64,000 nt of DNA from Promethearchaeota archaeon (GTDB lineage Archaea; Asgardarchaeota; Lokiarchaeia; Sigyniarchaeales; SOKP01): contig JAHPZE010000008.1 in NCBI GenBank assembly GCA_019058365.1, positions 89,651-153,650 on the forward strand. The letters run 5' to 3'. Every line of letters begins with the position of its first letter. Within the stretch, counting starts at the first letter, position 1. Position numbers and translations under genes: made by a program. Shown here piece by piece: positions 19,809 to 29,772 of the stretch. The notes beneath the pieces are model-generated. The model saw nothing but the letters and a program-made list of their open reading frames with translations, was not told where the DNA came from and searched no databases.

Positions 19809-20753
19809 TTAAGAAAATTCAAGCATCTTCTCAATTGGTTTAATCGCTTTATTCGCGATTTCAGGAGGGACTTTAACCTCAAATGCTTTATCGTCCAGAT
19901 TTTCTAAAAGATATTTAATTAATTCAAGATTATGTTTTTTCATATTATAACATACTAATTTTTCTTTTGCTAAGTTAAAGTTTTTGTCTGGAAAATCCTG
20001 AATTAAACGTTCTAAAAGCCCAACTTCCGTTCCTATTATAAATTCATTTATTTTTGCAGAATTTTCCTTAACATAATTATACATTCGGGTAGTAGACCCT
20101 ACGTAATCTGATAAGTCTCTAACTTGCCTAATACACTCAGGATGAACTATAAGTTTTGCTTTAGGATATTTCTCTTTCACAGCCTTAATATCTTCTATAG
20201 TTATTTGTGAGTGAACATAACAATGACCTTCATCTGGCATTTTTATAGTTTTTATCTTAGAGATTTGTTCAGCATAATCTGCTAGGTTTGCATCTGGACC
20301 AAATAAAACAGAATTCACATCAAACTCGTGGCTAATCTTTTCAACAATTTTAACAGCATTAGCAGATGTGCAACATATATCTGCTTCAGCTTTTACAGCT
20401 GCAGTTGAATTTACATACACAATCGTAGGCAAACTTGGATGTATTTCTTTAAATTGCCTCACCATTTCGGGAGTAAGGAAAGCAGCCATAGGACAACAAG
20501 ATTCTGGATTAGGGATTAGTACATGTTTATTGGGATTAAGTATTGAGGCTGTTTCTGCCATAAAATCGACTCCCGCAAAAATTATATATTCTGAGTTTAC
20601 TTTTTCTTTTGCTGTACGTGATAATCCGAGAGAATCCCCTAAAAAATCAGCAATTTCTTGTATTTCAATTGGTTGATAATAATGTGCTAAAATTACCACA
20701 TCATTTTTTTTCTTTAAGGTGAGTATTTCTTCCTGTAATTGTTTTGTAGTCAT
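19809..20753 (-). CDS. nadA: Quinolinate synthase
   Basis: ILAHYYQ, GDSL, FMAETA, CPMA, YVNS, CTSANA, CYVH, HPEC, GTE, C.NMK. Confidence 0.97.
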   Translation of the reverse strand: MTTKQLQEEILTLKKKNDVVILAHYYQPIEIQEIADFLGDSLGLSRTAKEKVNSEYIIFAGVDFMAETASILNPNKHVLIPNPESCCPMAAFLTPEMVRQFKEIHPSLPTIVYVNSTAAVKAEADICCTSANAVKIVEKISHEFDVNSVLFGPDANLADYAEQISKIKTIKMPDEGHCYVHSQITIEDIKAVKEKYPKAKLIVHPECIRQVRDLSDYVGSTTRMYNYVKENSAKINEFIIGTEVGLLERLIQDFPDKNFNLAKEKLVCYNMKKHNLELIKYLLENLDDKAFEVKVPPEIANKAIKPIEKMLEFS

Positions 20754-20874
20754 ATTATTATTAAATTATTTTCAAATATTCTAATATTTATAAAAAATTT
20801 AAATTAAAATAAGTTCTCTTGTAATAAAAAATAACACTAAAGAGAATAATAAAGAAAAGAAAAAAAATAACTTG

Positions 20875-21744
20875 TTATATATTAAAGATTTCTCTAAATC
20901 TATTTTGATCTACAATATTTGCTGCTAAAATATTACTCATTGAATTAATACCTGTTTTATGCCCTTCTTTGTCAAATCCCGCACAGAAATCACCGCAGAC
21001 ATAAACATTCTTAAATTTATGGATAATCATTAGTTCAAATGTTAAAAGAAATACTTTTACATTAGTTATAACTCCAAAAACTCCTATTTTTACTTCTTTA
21101 TGAGAGCTCCCTGCATTTTTAATAATTGTTTCTATTACTGATTCGAGATCTGTCTCGTCAAATGAACTAAGACTATTTGAATTTATTATCACGTTAAAAT
21201 CATGATGTTCTTGAATTAATTCATTCAATGGTGATATAAATTTCGCTCCATAAGTACCTTTTATGCAGTGAGGCCCAAAAAGATCCATTTCTCCTTTTTG
21301 TGTTTCATCGGTCTGGTCATGCCAATCTCTTAAATGAATACATTGATACTCTACTCCACTAGTTTCATTTGAATTTGATTCAGATGCTTTATTCATTAAA
21401 TCTCGTATAAATTGGGGTAATTTATCTCCATCCCATAATCTTCTAGATTCATCATAATCAACATGAACTCTCTGTCTATAATATTCTAAAATATGATGGT
21501 AAGATAGAGGTGTCTCAATAGGCTCATTACTAACATTTTGCTTCAACCATTGTATAAATTTGTCGAGGTTTGCTTCACTAGTATCTCTATTCTGATTTAA
21601 GAAATATTCCATCCACTTATTTGAGACTTGTTCATACCCTACTTTCAAATCGTCATTTACAATTATGTTGTTATCTAACGGTTCAATAAAATCATTCTGA
21701 ACTGAACAGGTTATGATAATATTTAATTTTTTATTTACTTCCAT
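20875..21744 (-). CDS. Isochorismatase/nicotinamidase-like protein with altered catalytic residues
   Basis: SVQNDF, RDWH, PHCIKGT.GA.F; GVITNVKV in place of GxxTxxCV. Confidence 0.8.
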   Translation of the reverse strand: MEVNKKLNIIITCSVQNDFIEPLDNNIIVNDDLKVGYEQVSNKWMEYFLNQNRDTSEANLDKFIQWLKQNVSNEPIETPLSYHHILEYYRQRVHVDYDESRRLWDGDKLPQFIRDLMNKASESNSNETSGVEYQCIHLRDWHDQTDETQKGEMDLFGPHCIKGTYGAKFISPLNELIQEHHDFNVIINSNSLSSFDETDLESVIETIIKNAGSSHKEVKIGVFGVITNVKVFLLTFELMIIHKFKNVYVCGDFCAGFDKEGHKTGINSMSNILAANIVDQNRFREIFNI

Positions 21745-24190
21745 ATTTTTTTCTCCTCCTTTTTCTCATTTTCTCATCCAATTCATCTATATCAATATCT
21801 CTTTTTTTTGAACCACGTGACTGTATTATCATCATTATGAAAATCAAGAGAATAATCCCGATTGAAGCGACATTCACGAGTGTTGAAATCCATCCGGGCA
21901 TTTCAAAATTTGGGATAATAGACGGTAATCCTACTTCAATAAAACCCCAAAAACTTAATAAAAATTCTACAATTATGATTTTAGCAAAATATTCATCAAT
22001 CATTTTACCTAATGTTGATACTATACCTTTGCCAATTTTAACACTAGTTTTTGGGGTTAAAGGATATATGAAATTATCTTTAAAGGCTTCAATAATTTTG
22101 TAATCTTCTTTATCACTTCTGGTCGATTCTGATGGTTCTAATGTACTTGTATATTCTACTGTAATTTTCCTTATGAAAATATTAGCAAAATCTTCAACAC
22201 AGTAGCCTTCATCAATCTGAAATGTACAATCTGAATAATAAATGTATTCGGGATCATTGATCTCCTTAAATTTTTTTAATGAATGTTTTGGATTGGCTAA
22301 AATTTTTAGGAAATTTTTTGAATAAGTGAAATCTGAAAATACTAGATTGTCTTTATCCCCTCGATCATCTTCAATATCAATGTTGATGTTATTTATTAAT
22401 GGAATGAAGGTTGTTGGAACCTTATTTAATACTATTAAAAATCGGATTTGAGTTTGGCTTCTATCCTTTAAAATGATGAATGGGGGATCTCCTGTTTGAC
22501 CTGTTATTTCTACAAAATTAGAATCCTCAATTTTTTCACCCATTTCTGAAGTTGTTATATATAATTTGAAGCTCCATGGAATATCTGGTAATTTGAAGAT
22601 CGAATTTCTAATACTATTCCAATATGCCTCATAATTTTGTTTTACTCCCAGCATAAATTCCTTTTGGGATTTCAATTTTGACTCAAACTTCATAAAAGAT
22701 GGGATAAAGAAATTACCAAGCTCTCGCATATCATATTCTATTTTTTGTTCTATTTTATTTGCTAACTCAATTTTCCTTGCTTTTATTAAGCGTTTTTTTA
22801 TAATATTATATAATTTATTAAGAGAGTCTAAGTTTTCAGGGCTATATTTAGCAATCTGTTTTAAATTATCTCCGTAGATCTTTCGATATAACTCTTGATC
22901 ATGCATTTTTAGGAACTTTAGTTGTTGAATGAAGTGCCATACACTACCAAAATTACGTAGAATTACAATCTTGTTATATTTTGAGACAATGATATAACGA
23001 TTATCGGGAGTGATTTTAATATTTTTTACAAAATTTAATCCTTTTACTTGAACCTCTTTTGTTTTGTGTTTTATATTTTCTTCATGTATATTCATGTAAT
23101 AATGCATATCTATGCTTCTTATCCAGTTAAATTCATTTAAATCCCAGATTTTGATAGTATCATCTTTAGCAACTGACATCAAATAATTATCATCGGTTTG
23201 AACATCTATAGTTAGAACTGCTTCAGAATGTCCCATGAGTTCCTTCTTTTTGGTATACAAATTTGAATTGATTCTTTCCCAGATAGTTATCGTAGTGTCG
23301 GTAGAAGAAGTTGCGATCCATTTACCATTTTTGATAATGCTTATATCTGTTATTGCGCCATCATGTTCCCCTATTAATACAGCATCTGTTTCTGTCGAAA
23401 TATTCCACAATTTTACCTTTCCATCTTTGGAACCCGTGATTATAAAATGTTCTTCCAAATCTCTGTTGATCGTCATTTTTGTAATCCAAACATCATTTGT
23501 CCCAATGATTTTTGTTTCTTCGTTTTTAGAAATCACTCCTGAATCATCTATGGAAATTCTCATTTCATTTAATGTGTTATCATCAGTTTTATTTTTCCAT
23601 ATTGTAGTATATATGTTATTTAATACAAAATAAATATGAAGCAAACTATTCTGATTTAGATTTTTTTGAATCTTAATATCAAAAATAGATTTTGGATATT
23701 GCTTGGGGTCTTCACTTCCTCCAGTAAAGATAAATGATTTATAGTTTTTAAAATCCCATTTTCTTGTACCTGGTGTAAATTTAAAGCACCAAATGTATAT
23801 ATCTCCAATTATACTCCCAGCACATATTACCCACCAGTTAATATTTCCTATTTCCACAACCGCAGAATCGATGCATAAAAGCCAATTTGTGACATTTGTA
23901 AATGCATTGTTCCTTTTGTCTGCTTGAAGGATTATTTCTGGCTTAGTTTCACCCTCTAGTAGTTCATCGATACTCCACACAATTAAATATGGATCTTCAT
24001 GTTCTTCGCATGCGGAGCAAGATATTAAGAATTTTCCATCAGGGCTTATTTCAATGTCTCTCACTTCAAGTTTATGCTGTGATAATACAGTTTCGATTGC
24101 TTTTTTAGAGATTTTTGCTTCGCTAGAGATTTTTTCGTCATTATCTTTCTTAGAAATTTTACTATCGATGGACGATGTTTCCATTTTCAT
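21731..24190 (-). CDS. WD40-repeat protein with C-terminal transmembrane hairpin
   Basis: TGSKDGKVKLWN, SSTDTTITIWE, GH...KDDTIKIWD; two hydrophobic helices and a basic tail at the C-terminus. Confidence 0.88.
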   Translation of the reverse strand: MKMETSSIDSKISKKDNDEKISSEAKISKKAIETVLSQHKLEVRDIEISPDGKFLISCSACEEHEDPYLIVWSIDELLEGETKPEIILQADKRNNAFTNVTNWLLCIDSAVVEIGNINWWVICAGSIIGDIYIWCFKFTPGTRKWDFKNYKSFIFTGGSEDPKQYPKSIFDIKIQKNLNQNSLLHIYFVLNNIYTTIWKNKTDDNTLNEMRISIDDSGVISKNEETKIIGTNDVWITKMTINRDLEEHFIITGSKDGKVKLWNISTETDAVLIGEHDGAITDISIIKNGKWIATSSTDTTITIWERINSNLYTKKKELMGHSEAVLTIDVQTDDNYLMSVAKDDTIKIWDLNEFNWIRSIDMHYYMNIHEENIKHKTKEVQVKGLNFVKNIKITPDNRYIIVSKYNKIVILRNFGSVWHFIQQLKFLKMHDQELYRKIYGDNLKQIAKYSPENLDSLNKLYNIIKKRLIKARKIELANKIEQKIEYDMRELGNFFIPSFMKFESKLKSQKEFMLGVKQNYEAYWNSIRNSIFKLPDIPWSFKLYITTSEMGEKIEDSNFVEITGQTGDPPFIILKDRSQTQIRFLIVLNKVPTTFIPLINNINIDIEDDRGDKDNLVFSDFTYSKNFLKILANPKHSLKKFKEINDPEYIYYSDCTFQIDEGYCVEDFANIFIRKITVEYTSTLEPSESTRSDKEDYKIIEAFKDNFIYPLTPKTSVKIGKGIVSTLGKMIDEYFAKIIIVEFLLSFWGFIEVGLPSIIPNFEMPGWISTLVNVASIGIILLIFIMMIIQSRGSKKRDIDIDELDEKMRKRRRKKYGSK

Positions 24191-24428
24191 TACTTTGATA
24201 AGATATATTTTGAATTATTTTATTAGATTTGTTATTATATGAAAGCAAACATATAAAAATTCTTAAGCTTCATTACTTCTACTAATCAATGAATAGAATC
24301 AAAATTTCAAAATTTCTAATTTTTTCTTTTTTTTATAGATTCTGAGAGTTAATCACAGTTATTATAAAAATACTTATCAAAATGTTATTATTTCTACTTT
24401 AATTCTTCAAATTTAAAAATACTTTGAA

Positions 24429-24986
24429 ATGAAAAAAATGCCAATTATAATGCCATGTCCAAGAACTGGAAAAAAACCACAGATTCATGAGTCTGTATAT
24501 ATTGCACCAACTGCTGTTATCATTGGAGATGTAACAATTGGAGAATTGAGTAATATTTGGTTTGGCGCTGTTTTAAGAGGAGATTCAGGACCTATCAGGA
24601 TCGATAAAAATACAAGCATCCAAGAAAATGTTACTATTCATATGGAAATGGGAACATCAGTTACTATTGGGTCAGAATGCATAATCGGGCATCATGCGAT
24701 GATTCATGGGCCAATATCTATAGGAAATGGCTGTTTGATTGGTATTGGTAGCAATGTACTTCATAACACTAAAATGAATGACGGATCTATGATTGCTGCA
24801 GGTGCGGTAACTACTAATAAAGAAATACCTAGAAGACAGTTATGGGCCGGTGTACCAGCAAAATTCTTAAAAGAATTTCCAGAAGAAGAAGAATTCATTG
24901 GTAAGAAAACTTCGGGAGACTATGCGGACAGGGGTAAAAAGTTTAAAGCATTTTTTGAGCAGAATCCAAAATATAGTCATTTATAA
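24429..24986 (+). CDS. Gamma carbonic anhydrase family protein
   Basis: Hexapeptide repeats, IGDV.IG, IWFGAVLRGD, IQEN..IH, GH..MIHG, GVPAK. Confidence 0.92.
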   Translation: MKKMPIIMPCPRTGKKPQIHESVYIAPTAVIIGDVTIGELSNIWFGAVLRGDSGPIRIDKNTSIQENVTIHMEMGTSVTIGSECIIGHHAMIHGPISIGNGCLIGIGSNVLHNTKMNDGSMIAAGAVTTNKEIPRRQLWAGVPAKFLKEFPEEEEFIGKKTSGDYADRGKKFKAFFEQNPKYSHL

Positions 24987-25010
24987 AAAATGAGTTAATA
25001 CTCTATTTTC

Positions 25011-25751
25011 TCATCCTGAACAGATACACTTTTCACTTTTAACAATTTCGATTATATTGAATCTTAAATCTATAAGATTAACCATTAGAATTTTATTTTC
25101 CAAGTTTGGAAGCCCTAAAGCCGTTTTTATTACTTCTAACGCTTCCAATGTTCCCAAAATTCCTGGAGTAACCCCAATTACGGGTAAGGGACCCTCATTT
25201 GGGGGAGTTTCAAGTGGTTTAGGAAAAACACATTGATAACAAGCTGTTTCTTTTGGATTGATAGTAATAATTTGACCGTAAAAATCCTTTATTCCAGCAA
25301 TCACACATCGTAAATTACTCTCAATAGCAATTTTATTAACCAAAAATTTTGTTTTAAAGTTATCACTGCAATCTACTATAAAATCATAATTTTTCTCCTT
25401 AAGATATTTCTGAATGGAATCCTCATCAACATAGTCTTTATAAGTGTTAATTTTAACGTCTGAATTAAGTTTCGATAATACTTCTTTTGCCGATTTTACC
25501 TTATCCTCTCTAATTTGGGTTTCATTGTAAAGGATTTGCCTTTGCAAATTTGAGATATCTACAACATCATTATCAATTATGGTTAACTCGTTTATTCCTG
25601 CAGCTGTGAGGTATAAAGCAAATGGTGAGCCTAAACCTCCCGCTCCAATTTGTAGAACTTTAATTTTTGATAATTTTTCTTGACCTTCCTCTCCAATTAC
25701 AGGAGATATAATTTGTCTTGAGTATCTTGCTTTTTGTTTTTCACTTAAAAT
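25011..25751 (-). CDS. ThiF/MoeB/UbaA-family E1-like adenylyltransferase (start uncertain, probably ATT)
   Basis: The frame extends upstream of the called ORF: LSEKQKARYSRQ...GAGGLGS...D.D.VD.SNLQRQ; also DCSDN and ACYQCVF. Confidence 0.88.
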   Translation of the reverse strand: MLSEKQKARYSRQIISPVIGEEGQEKLSKIKVLQIGAGGLGSPFALYLTAAGINELTIIDNDVVDISNLQRQILYNETQIREDKVKSAKEVLSKLNSDVKINTYKDYVDEDSIQKYLKEKNYDFIVDCSDNFKTKFLVNKIAIESNLRCVIAGIKDFYGQIITINPKETACYQCVFPKPLETPPNEGPLPVIGVTPGILGTLEALEVIKTALGLPNLENKILMVNLIDLRFNIIEIVKSEKCICSG

Positions 25752-25757
25752 ATTACA

Positions 25758-26141
25758 TCACTTTTGTATAATTTTTTTTATATTTGATACAAATTCTTCA
25801 ATCTCGATGAGGATCAAACCTAAATCTACATTTAAGTCAATTAAAGAAACTAAAATTGTATTAGGATCTACCTCTACAACTATAAACTGATAATCTTGAT
25901 ATTCCACAGTTAAATTCTTTATTTGATTAAATTCTAAACTTGAAGTAGCGGTTTCAATTGCTTCAAACATAGTTGCTGCAAGTGCTCCAAATCGTCTTTC
26001 ATCAATTTCTCTTGGTAATCTTGAAGAAATAAGTAATCCATTACGATTTACTAGAGCAGTACCGATAATATCACTAAATTTTTCTAATCTCTCAAGTTCT
26101 TCATTGAGATTTTTAGACATTAATTCATTCTTAGAGCTCAT
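25758..26141 (-). CDS. Roadblock/LC7 domain protein
   Basis: ALVNRNGLLISS, GALAATMF, VDLGLI. Confidence 0.9.
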   Translation of the reverse strand: MSSKNELMSKNLNEELERLEKFSDIIGTALVNRNGLLISSRLPREIDERRFGALAATMFEAIETATSSLEFNQIKNLTVEYQDYQFIVVEVDPNTILVSLIDLNVDLGLILIEIEEFVSNIKKIIQK

Positions 26142-26296
26142 TTTTAGAGTAAAATTAGATATTCTGAGAAAATTTGATTTAAATGGAATTTAAACTAAAA
26201 GCCTTAAAGTTAGAAAATTAGGCAATTATATTTATAATTTTAGAATTGAATTATCCTCAACAAAATGAATTATCTAATTATTAAGTAATAAGATTT

Positions 26297-26497
26297 CTAT
26301 CTATAGAAGGACTTCTTTCCATTAAAACTTCGATATCTGTTGCGAAAACCTGGTTGTCTGAGTTTGGCTGTATGTCCAAAACCACAACTGGCACAAAATC
26401 CTTTTCGGCGGTGATAAGAGTGTTTTCCACATCGTCGGCAAGTTTTATGACTTGCTGCTTTATTCTTCTTTCCCTTACTAGGTGTTCCTTTTCCCAT
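26297..26497 (-). CDS. rpl37e: 50S ribosomal protein L37e
   Basis: [19 protein letters not shown]....CASCGF. Confidence 0.97.
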   Translation of the reverse strand: MGKGTPSKGKKNKAASHKTCRRCGKHSYHRRKGFCASCGFGHTAKLRQPGFRNRYRSFNGKKSFYR

Positions 26498-26514
26498 TTC
26501 CAATCATCTCTTAT

Positions 26515-26823
26515 CTATATATCTTCAATCTCTTCTCTATGCATTAATTTCTCCTCATTATCTTGAGCGAAAATTAATTTCTCTCGATCTTGACCAATGA
26601 AAATTATACTACCGCCTCGTATAAAAACTTCCCCTAAATCTTTACTTCTCTTCCCACCTCGACCAAAATAGATTTCTTTAGCATCTTTAACTATTAGATT
26701 CATGTAATTATCAAATTTAATAAGCTTCCCTGTTAAGTACGTATTCCAGATTTTTAATTTAATACGAACCTCTGGTTTTAAAATAGCTTTACTTAGTGTA
26801 CGTGATATGGTGGGTTGAGACAT
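26515..26823 (-). CDS. Sm/Lsm protein
   Basis: Sm1 GKL..FD.YMNL, Sm2 LGEVFIRG; immediately upstream of rpl37e, as is usual in archaea. Confidence 0.9.
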   Translation of the reverse strand: MSQPTISRTLSKAILKPEVRIKLKIWNTYLTGKLIKFDNYMNLIVKDAKEIYFGRGGKRSKDLGEVFIRGGSIIFIGQDREKLIFAQDNEEKLMHREEIEDI

Positions 26824-26955
26824 GAATTTAAAATCATCTCAAAATTATTCTTTGATACTTATTGAATAGAAGGGTTAAATAAATATTTTTTTAAATATTT
26901 CAAGATTTAGAACTATAGGATTTTAAGATAATATTTTAATTTGCGTTGGGTAAAT

Positions 26956-27993
26956 ATGATAAAAATCGCTTATTTTGATGCTTCTGTAGAAACTCCAGAA
27001 GAGATCATTCTTGCTGGTGATATGACCCCAATTCGACTGTTTGGAAATCCAACAATAGGAATAGATAAAGCAAATGAACACGTACCTCCAAATCATTGTG
27101 TTTGGGCAAGAAATATACTCCAACAAGCTATAGAAGGGTTTAAAGACGATTTCCAGGGTATAATCACTTCTCACGGGTGTGATTGCACTAATCGCGAATT
27201 CGATATATGGTTAGAATGTATAGATTTACCATTTTTATTCTTTCTGAATGTTCCATTGAAAAGAAATGAAATAGCTTTAAAATTCTTTATTGATGATATG
27301 AAAGAATTGATTTCTCAGTTAGAAGAAACGTTTAATATAAATATTACCTCCGAGAAAATAAGTAAAGCTATCAAAAAGATGAACCAAATCAGGGATTTAT
27401 TGAGAGATATTTCAGAATATAGAATAAAAATGACTTTAAAAGGTTCTGAATTTCATGCGTTAGTTAAGGGAGTACAACAAATGGATAAAGATAAAGCTTT
27501 AAATATGCTGGAAACGAAGCTTAAGCAGTTAAAGACAAATAAACCATTTTTGGATAAAAACTTAAAGAAAGTTTTGTTAACAGGTTCAGTAATAGATGAT
27601 ACAGAGTTCATTAGATTTCTTGAAAAGCTCGGATTTCAAATTATAATAGATGATTTATGTATCGGAACTAAATATTTTTGGGATAATGTAGATGAAACTG
27701 AAGACCCTATTTATGCTCTAGCCAAATATCATTTAAATAAGCCTATATATTCTACAAAATTTCCTTCATATAAAAGGTTTGAAACACTTAATTTCTTGGC
27801 GAAAAAATATAATGTTGATGGTGTCATAAATATTGCTCAAAAATTTTGTGAACCAATCCTATATTCACATCCATATTTTAGTAAAAAATTTAAAGAATTA
27901 GAAATTCCATATTTGTTTGTTGAAATGGAATATAATAGAGAATCATATAAACAATTAGCAACGAGATTTGAAGCATTTGCAGAAATAATTTAG
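26956..27993 (+). CDS. 2-hydroxyacyl-CoA dehydratase / benzoyl-CoA reductase family subunit (HgdB-like)
   Basis: PEEII.AG, HGCDC, DDLC.G, KFCEP, TRFEAF.E. Confidence 0.88.
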   Translation: MIKIAYFDASVETPEEIILAGDMTPIRLFGNPTIGIDKANEHVPPNHCVWARNILQQAIEGFKDDFQGIITSHGCDCTNREFDIWLECIDLPFLFFLNVPLKRNEIALKFFIDDMKELISQLEETFNINITSEKISKAIKKMNQIRDLLRDISEYRIKMTLKGSEFHALVKGVQQMDKDKALNMLETKLKQLKTNKPFLDKNLKKVLLTGSVIDDTEFIRFLEKLGFQIIIDDLCIGTKYFWDNVDETEDPIYALAKYHLNKPIYSTKFPSYKRFETLNFLAKKYNVDGVINIAQKFCEPILYSHPYFSKKFKELEIPYLFVEMEYNRESYKQLATRFEAFAEII

Positions 27994-28008
27994 AGGGTGT
28001 AAGGAAAA

Positions 28009-29268
28009 TTGTCAAAAGTAAAAAAAAGTGGTAAGATGTTAAATGCAACAAATAAATTAAAGAACGAGATGGGAAGGCATTTTTTAGCAATTGAACAAGC
28101 TTACAGAGATGGTAAGCCTACCGCTTGGGCAACAGCAGGTACACCCGTCGAATTCTTATATACTATGGATGTACAACCAATGTTACCGGAAAATTCAGCA
28201 ACCATTTCGGCAGCTTTAAAGAAATCTCAAAACTTTATAGAAATCGCAGAAGATGAAGGATATTCTTATGATCTTTGTTCATATTTCAAAACTAATGTTG
28301 GTGCTGTAGTAAGTCAGGCAGAAATGAGTGTAGGTGGAACAAGAAAACCATCTTTTATGTTATCCAGTGACGTAATTTGTGATACTCATGTTAATTGGTT
28401 TCAAGTACAAGCAGAAAGATTCAATGTTCCTCATTTTACTATTGATGTCCCTCATGTCGTAAGTAATACAACCAACAGACAACGAGAATATTTTAAGAAA
28501 TATATAATTGAACAGCTTTGGGAATTATTAGATTTTATTACAGAGGTAACTGGTCACGAATATAATCCGGAAAAGGGAAAAGAGGTCGCAATAAATTCTT
28601 TTGAAATGGGAAAGATTTGGCAAGATGTTTTTGAGTTAAGAAAAAATATTCCTTGTCCTGTATCTACAAGAGATACATTTGGAGGATTATTTCCTTTGTT
28701 TACGATGACTGGATTAAAATCTCCTATAAAATTGTATAAAAGAATGTATAAAGAAGCAAAAGAACGTGTAGATAATGGAATTGGAGCATTAGAACAAGAA
28801 GATTTCAGGTTAATGTTTGAAGGTATCCCTTTTTGGTATAATTTAAAATTCTTTTCAAACTTAGAACGATGGAATGCAATTATTGTTTATGAACCTTATG
28901 TTTATGCTTTCACGAAATACACAAACCCAAATGTCACAAAAGAGATGGTTGTTAACAAACCTGTTGAAACAATGGCTGAATTAGTGTTAAGTTTTTGGTA
29001 TATTTATGATTTAAAAACAAGGGTAGAAATGTTCAAAGAAACAGTAAAAGATTGGAAAATAGATGGTGTTATACTACATGATAACCTATCATGCCGCCCC
29101 AACGCATGTGGAATGTATGATTTAAAGCGTAAATTAATGGATGAAGCAGATATTCCTTCTCTTGTTATTACTAGTGATATGAATGACCCACGTAAGATGA
29201 ACGAAACACAAGTTCTCAATCAAATCGAAAGTTTTGTAGAAATTCTTAGAAAAAGAAAGAAAAGATGA
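28009..29268 (+). CDS. 2-hydroxyacyl-CoA dehydratase / benzoyl-CoA reductase family subunit (HgdA-like)
   Basis: PEN, DLCSY, ICDTH..WF, SCRP, D..DPR. Confidence 0.88.
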   Translation: MSKVKKSGKMLNATNKLKNEMGRHFLAIEQAYRDGKPTAWATAGTPVEFLYTMDVQPMLPENSATISAALKKSQNFIEIAEDEGYSYDLCSYFKTNVGAVVSQAEMSVGGTRKPSFMLSSDVICDTHVNWFQVQAERFNVPHFTIDVPHVVSNTTNRQREYFKKYIIEQLWELLDFITEVTGHEYNPEKGKEVAINSFEMGKIWQDVFELRKNIPCPVSTRDTFGGLFPLFTMTGLKSPIKLYKRMYKEAKERVDNGIGALEQEDFRLMFEGIPFWYNLKFFSNLERWNAIIVYEPYVYAFTKYTNPNVTKEMVVNKPVETMAELVLSFWYIYDLKTRVEMFKETVKDWKIDGVILHDNLSCRPNACGMYDLKRKLMDEADIPSLVITSDMNDPRKMNETQVLNQIESFVEILRKRKKR

Positions 29269-29272
29269 AATA

Positions 29273-29617
29273 TCAGTTTGCAATTTTGACATGTGCATTG
29301 GGGGTAATGATTAAATAATTATCTCCTAACCTTCCCATACTACCACCATTTTCTCGTAGAAAGGACTTTAAATCCTCTATTCGTCTTTTAAGCTCTGAAA
29401 CATCAACATTCTCAAGAACTTCTTTTGCATTAATAATCAATATTTTTCTTTTTAGTAATTGGTTCTTTATATCTTCTACTTGGTTAAGATTTGTGAAATC
29501 ATATTTTCTTATTATAAAATTATGAAGTAATGAAGAATATTCTTTAGAAAAACCCATTGTTTCTTGTGGAGAGCCTAATAGCTCATTGTCTTCCTTTTTT
29601 CCCCAAAGTTTACCCAT
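29273..29617 (-). CDS. sepF: Archaeal SepF-like cell division protein
   Basis: ILIIN, ELKR.IE.LK, GGSMGRLG..YLIITP, the C-terminal SepF pattern. Confidence 0.8.
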   Translation of the reverse strand: MGKLWGKKEDNELLGSPQETMGFSKEYSSLLHNFIIRKYDFTNLNQVEDIKNQLLKRKILIINAKEVLENVDVSELKRRIEDLKSFLRENGGSMGRLGDNYLIITPNAHVKIAN

Positions 29618-29732
29618 ATATATAACCTCAATATTTTTTTCTGGAAGGAGTCTAAAATTCTTATATTCAGTGTATTAATAATCTCTAATAAACATAAATA
29701 GAAGAAATATCCAGACGAATATCCAAATAATA

Positions 29733-29772
29733 TTTTAAATATGGATCTTATTTTTTAAATATGGATCTTATT
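29733..29772 (+). repeat. Perfect 20-bp tandem duplication over a start codon
   Basis: ttttaaatatggatcttatt twice (29733 and 29753). Confidence 0.85.

Noticed and set aside
25755-25760. Selenocysteine at the roadblock/E1 TGA-TGT junction
   Set aside because: The codon falls in a linker rather than a catalytic Cys site and no SECIS was recognised; kept only as a minor readthrough hypothesis.
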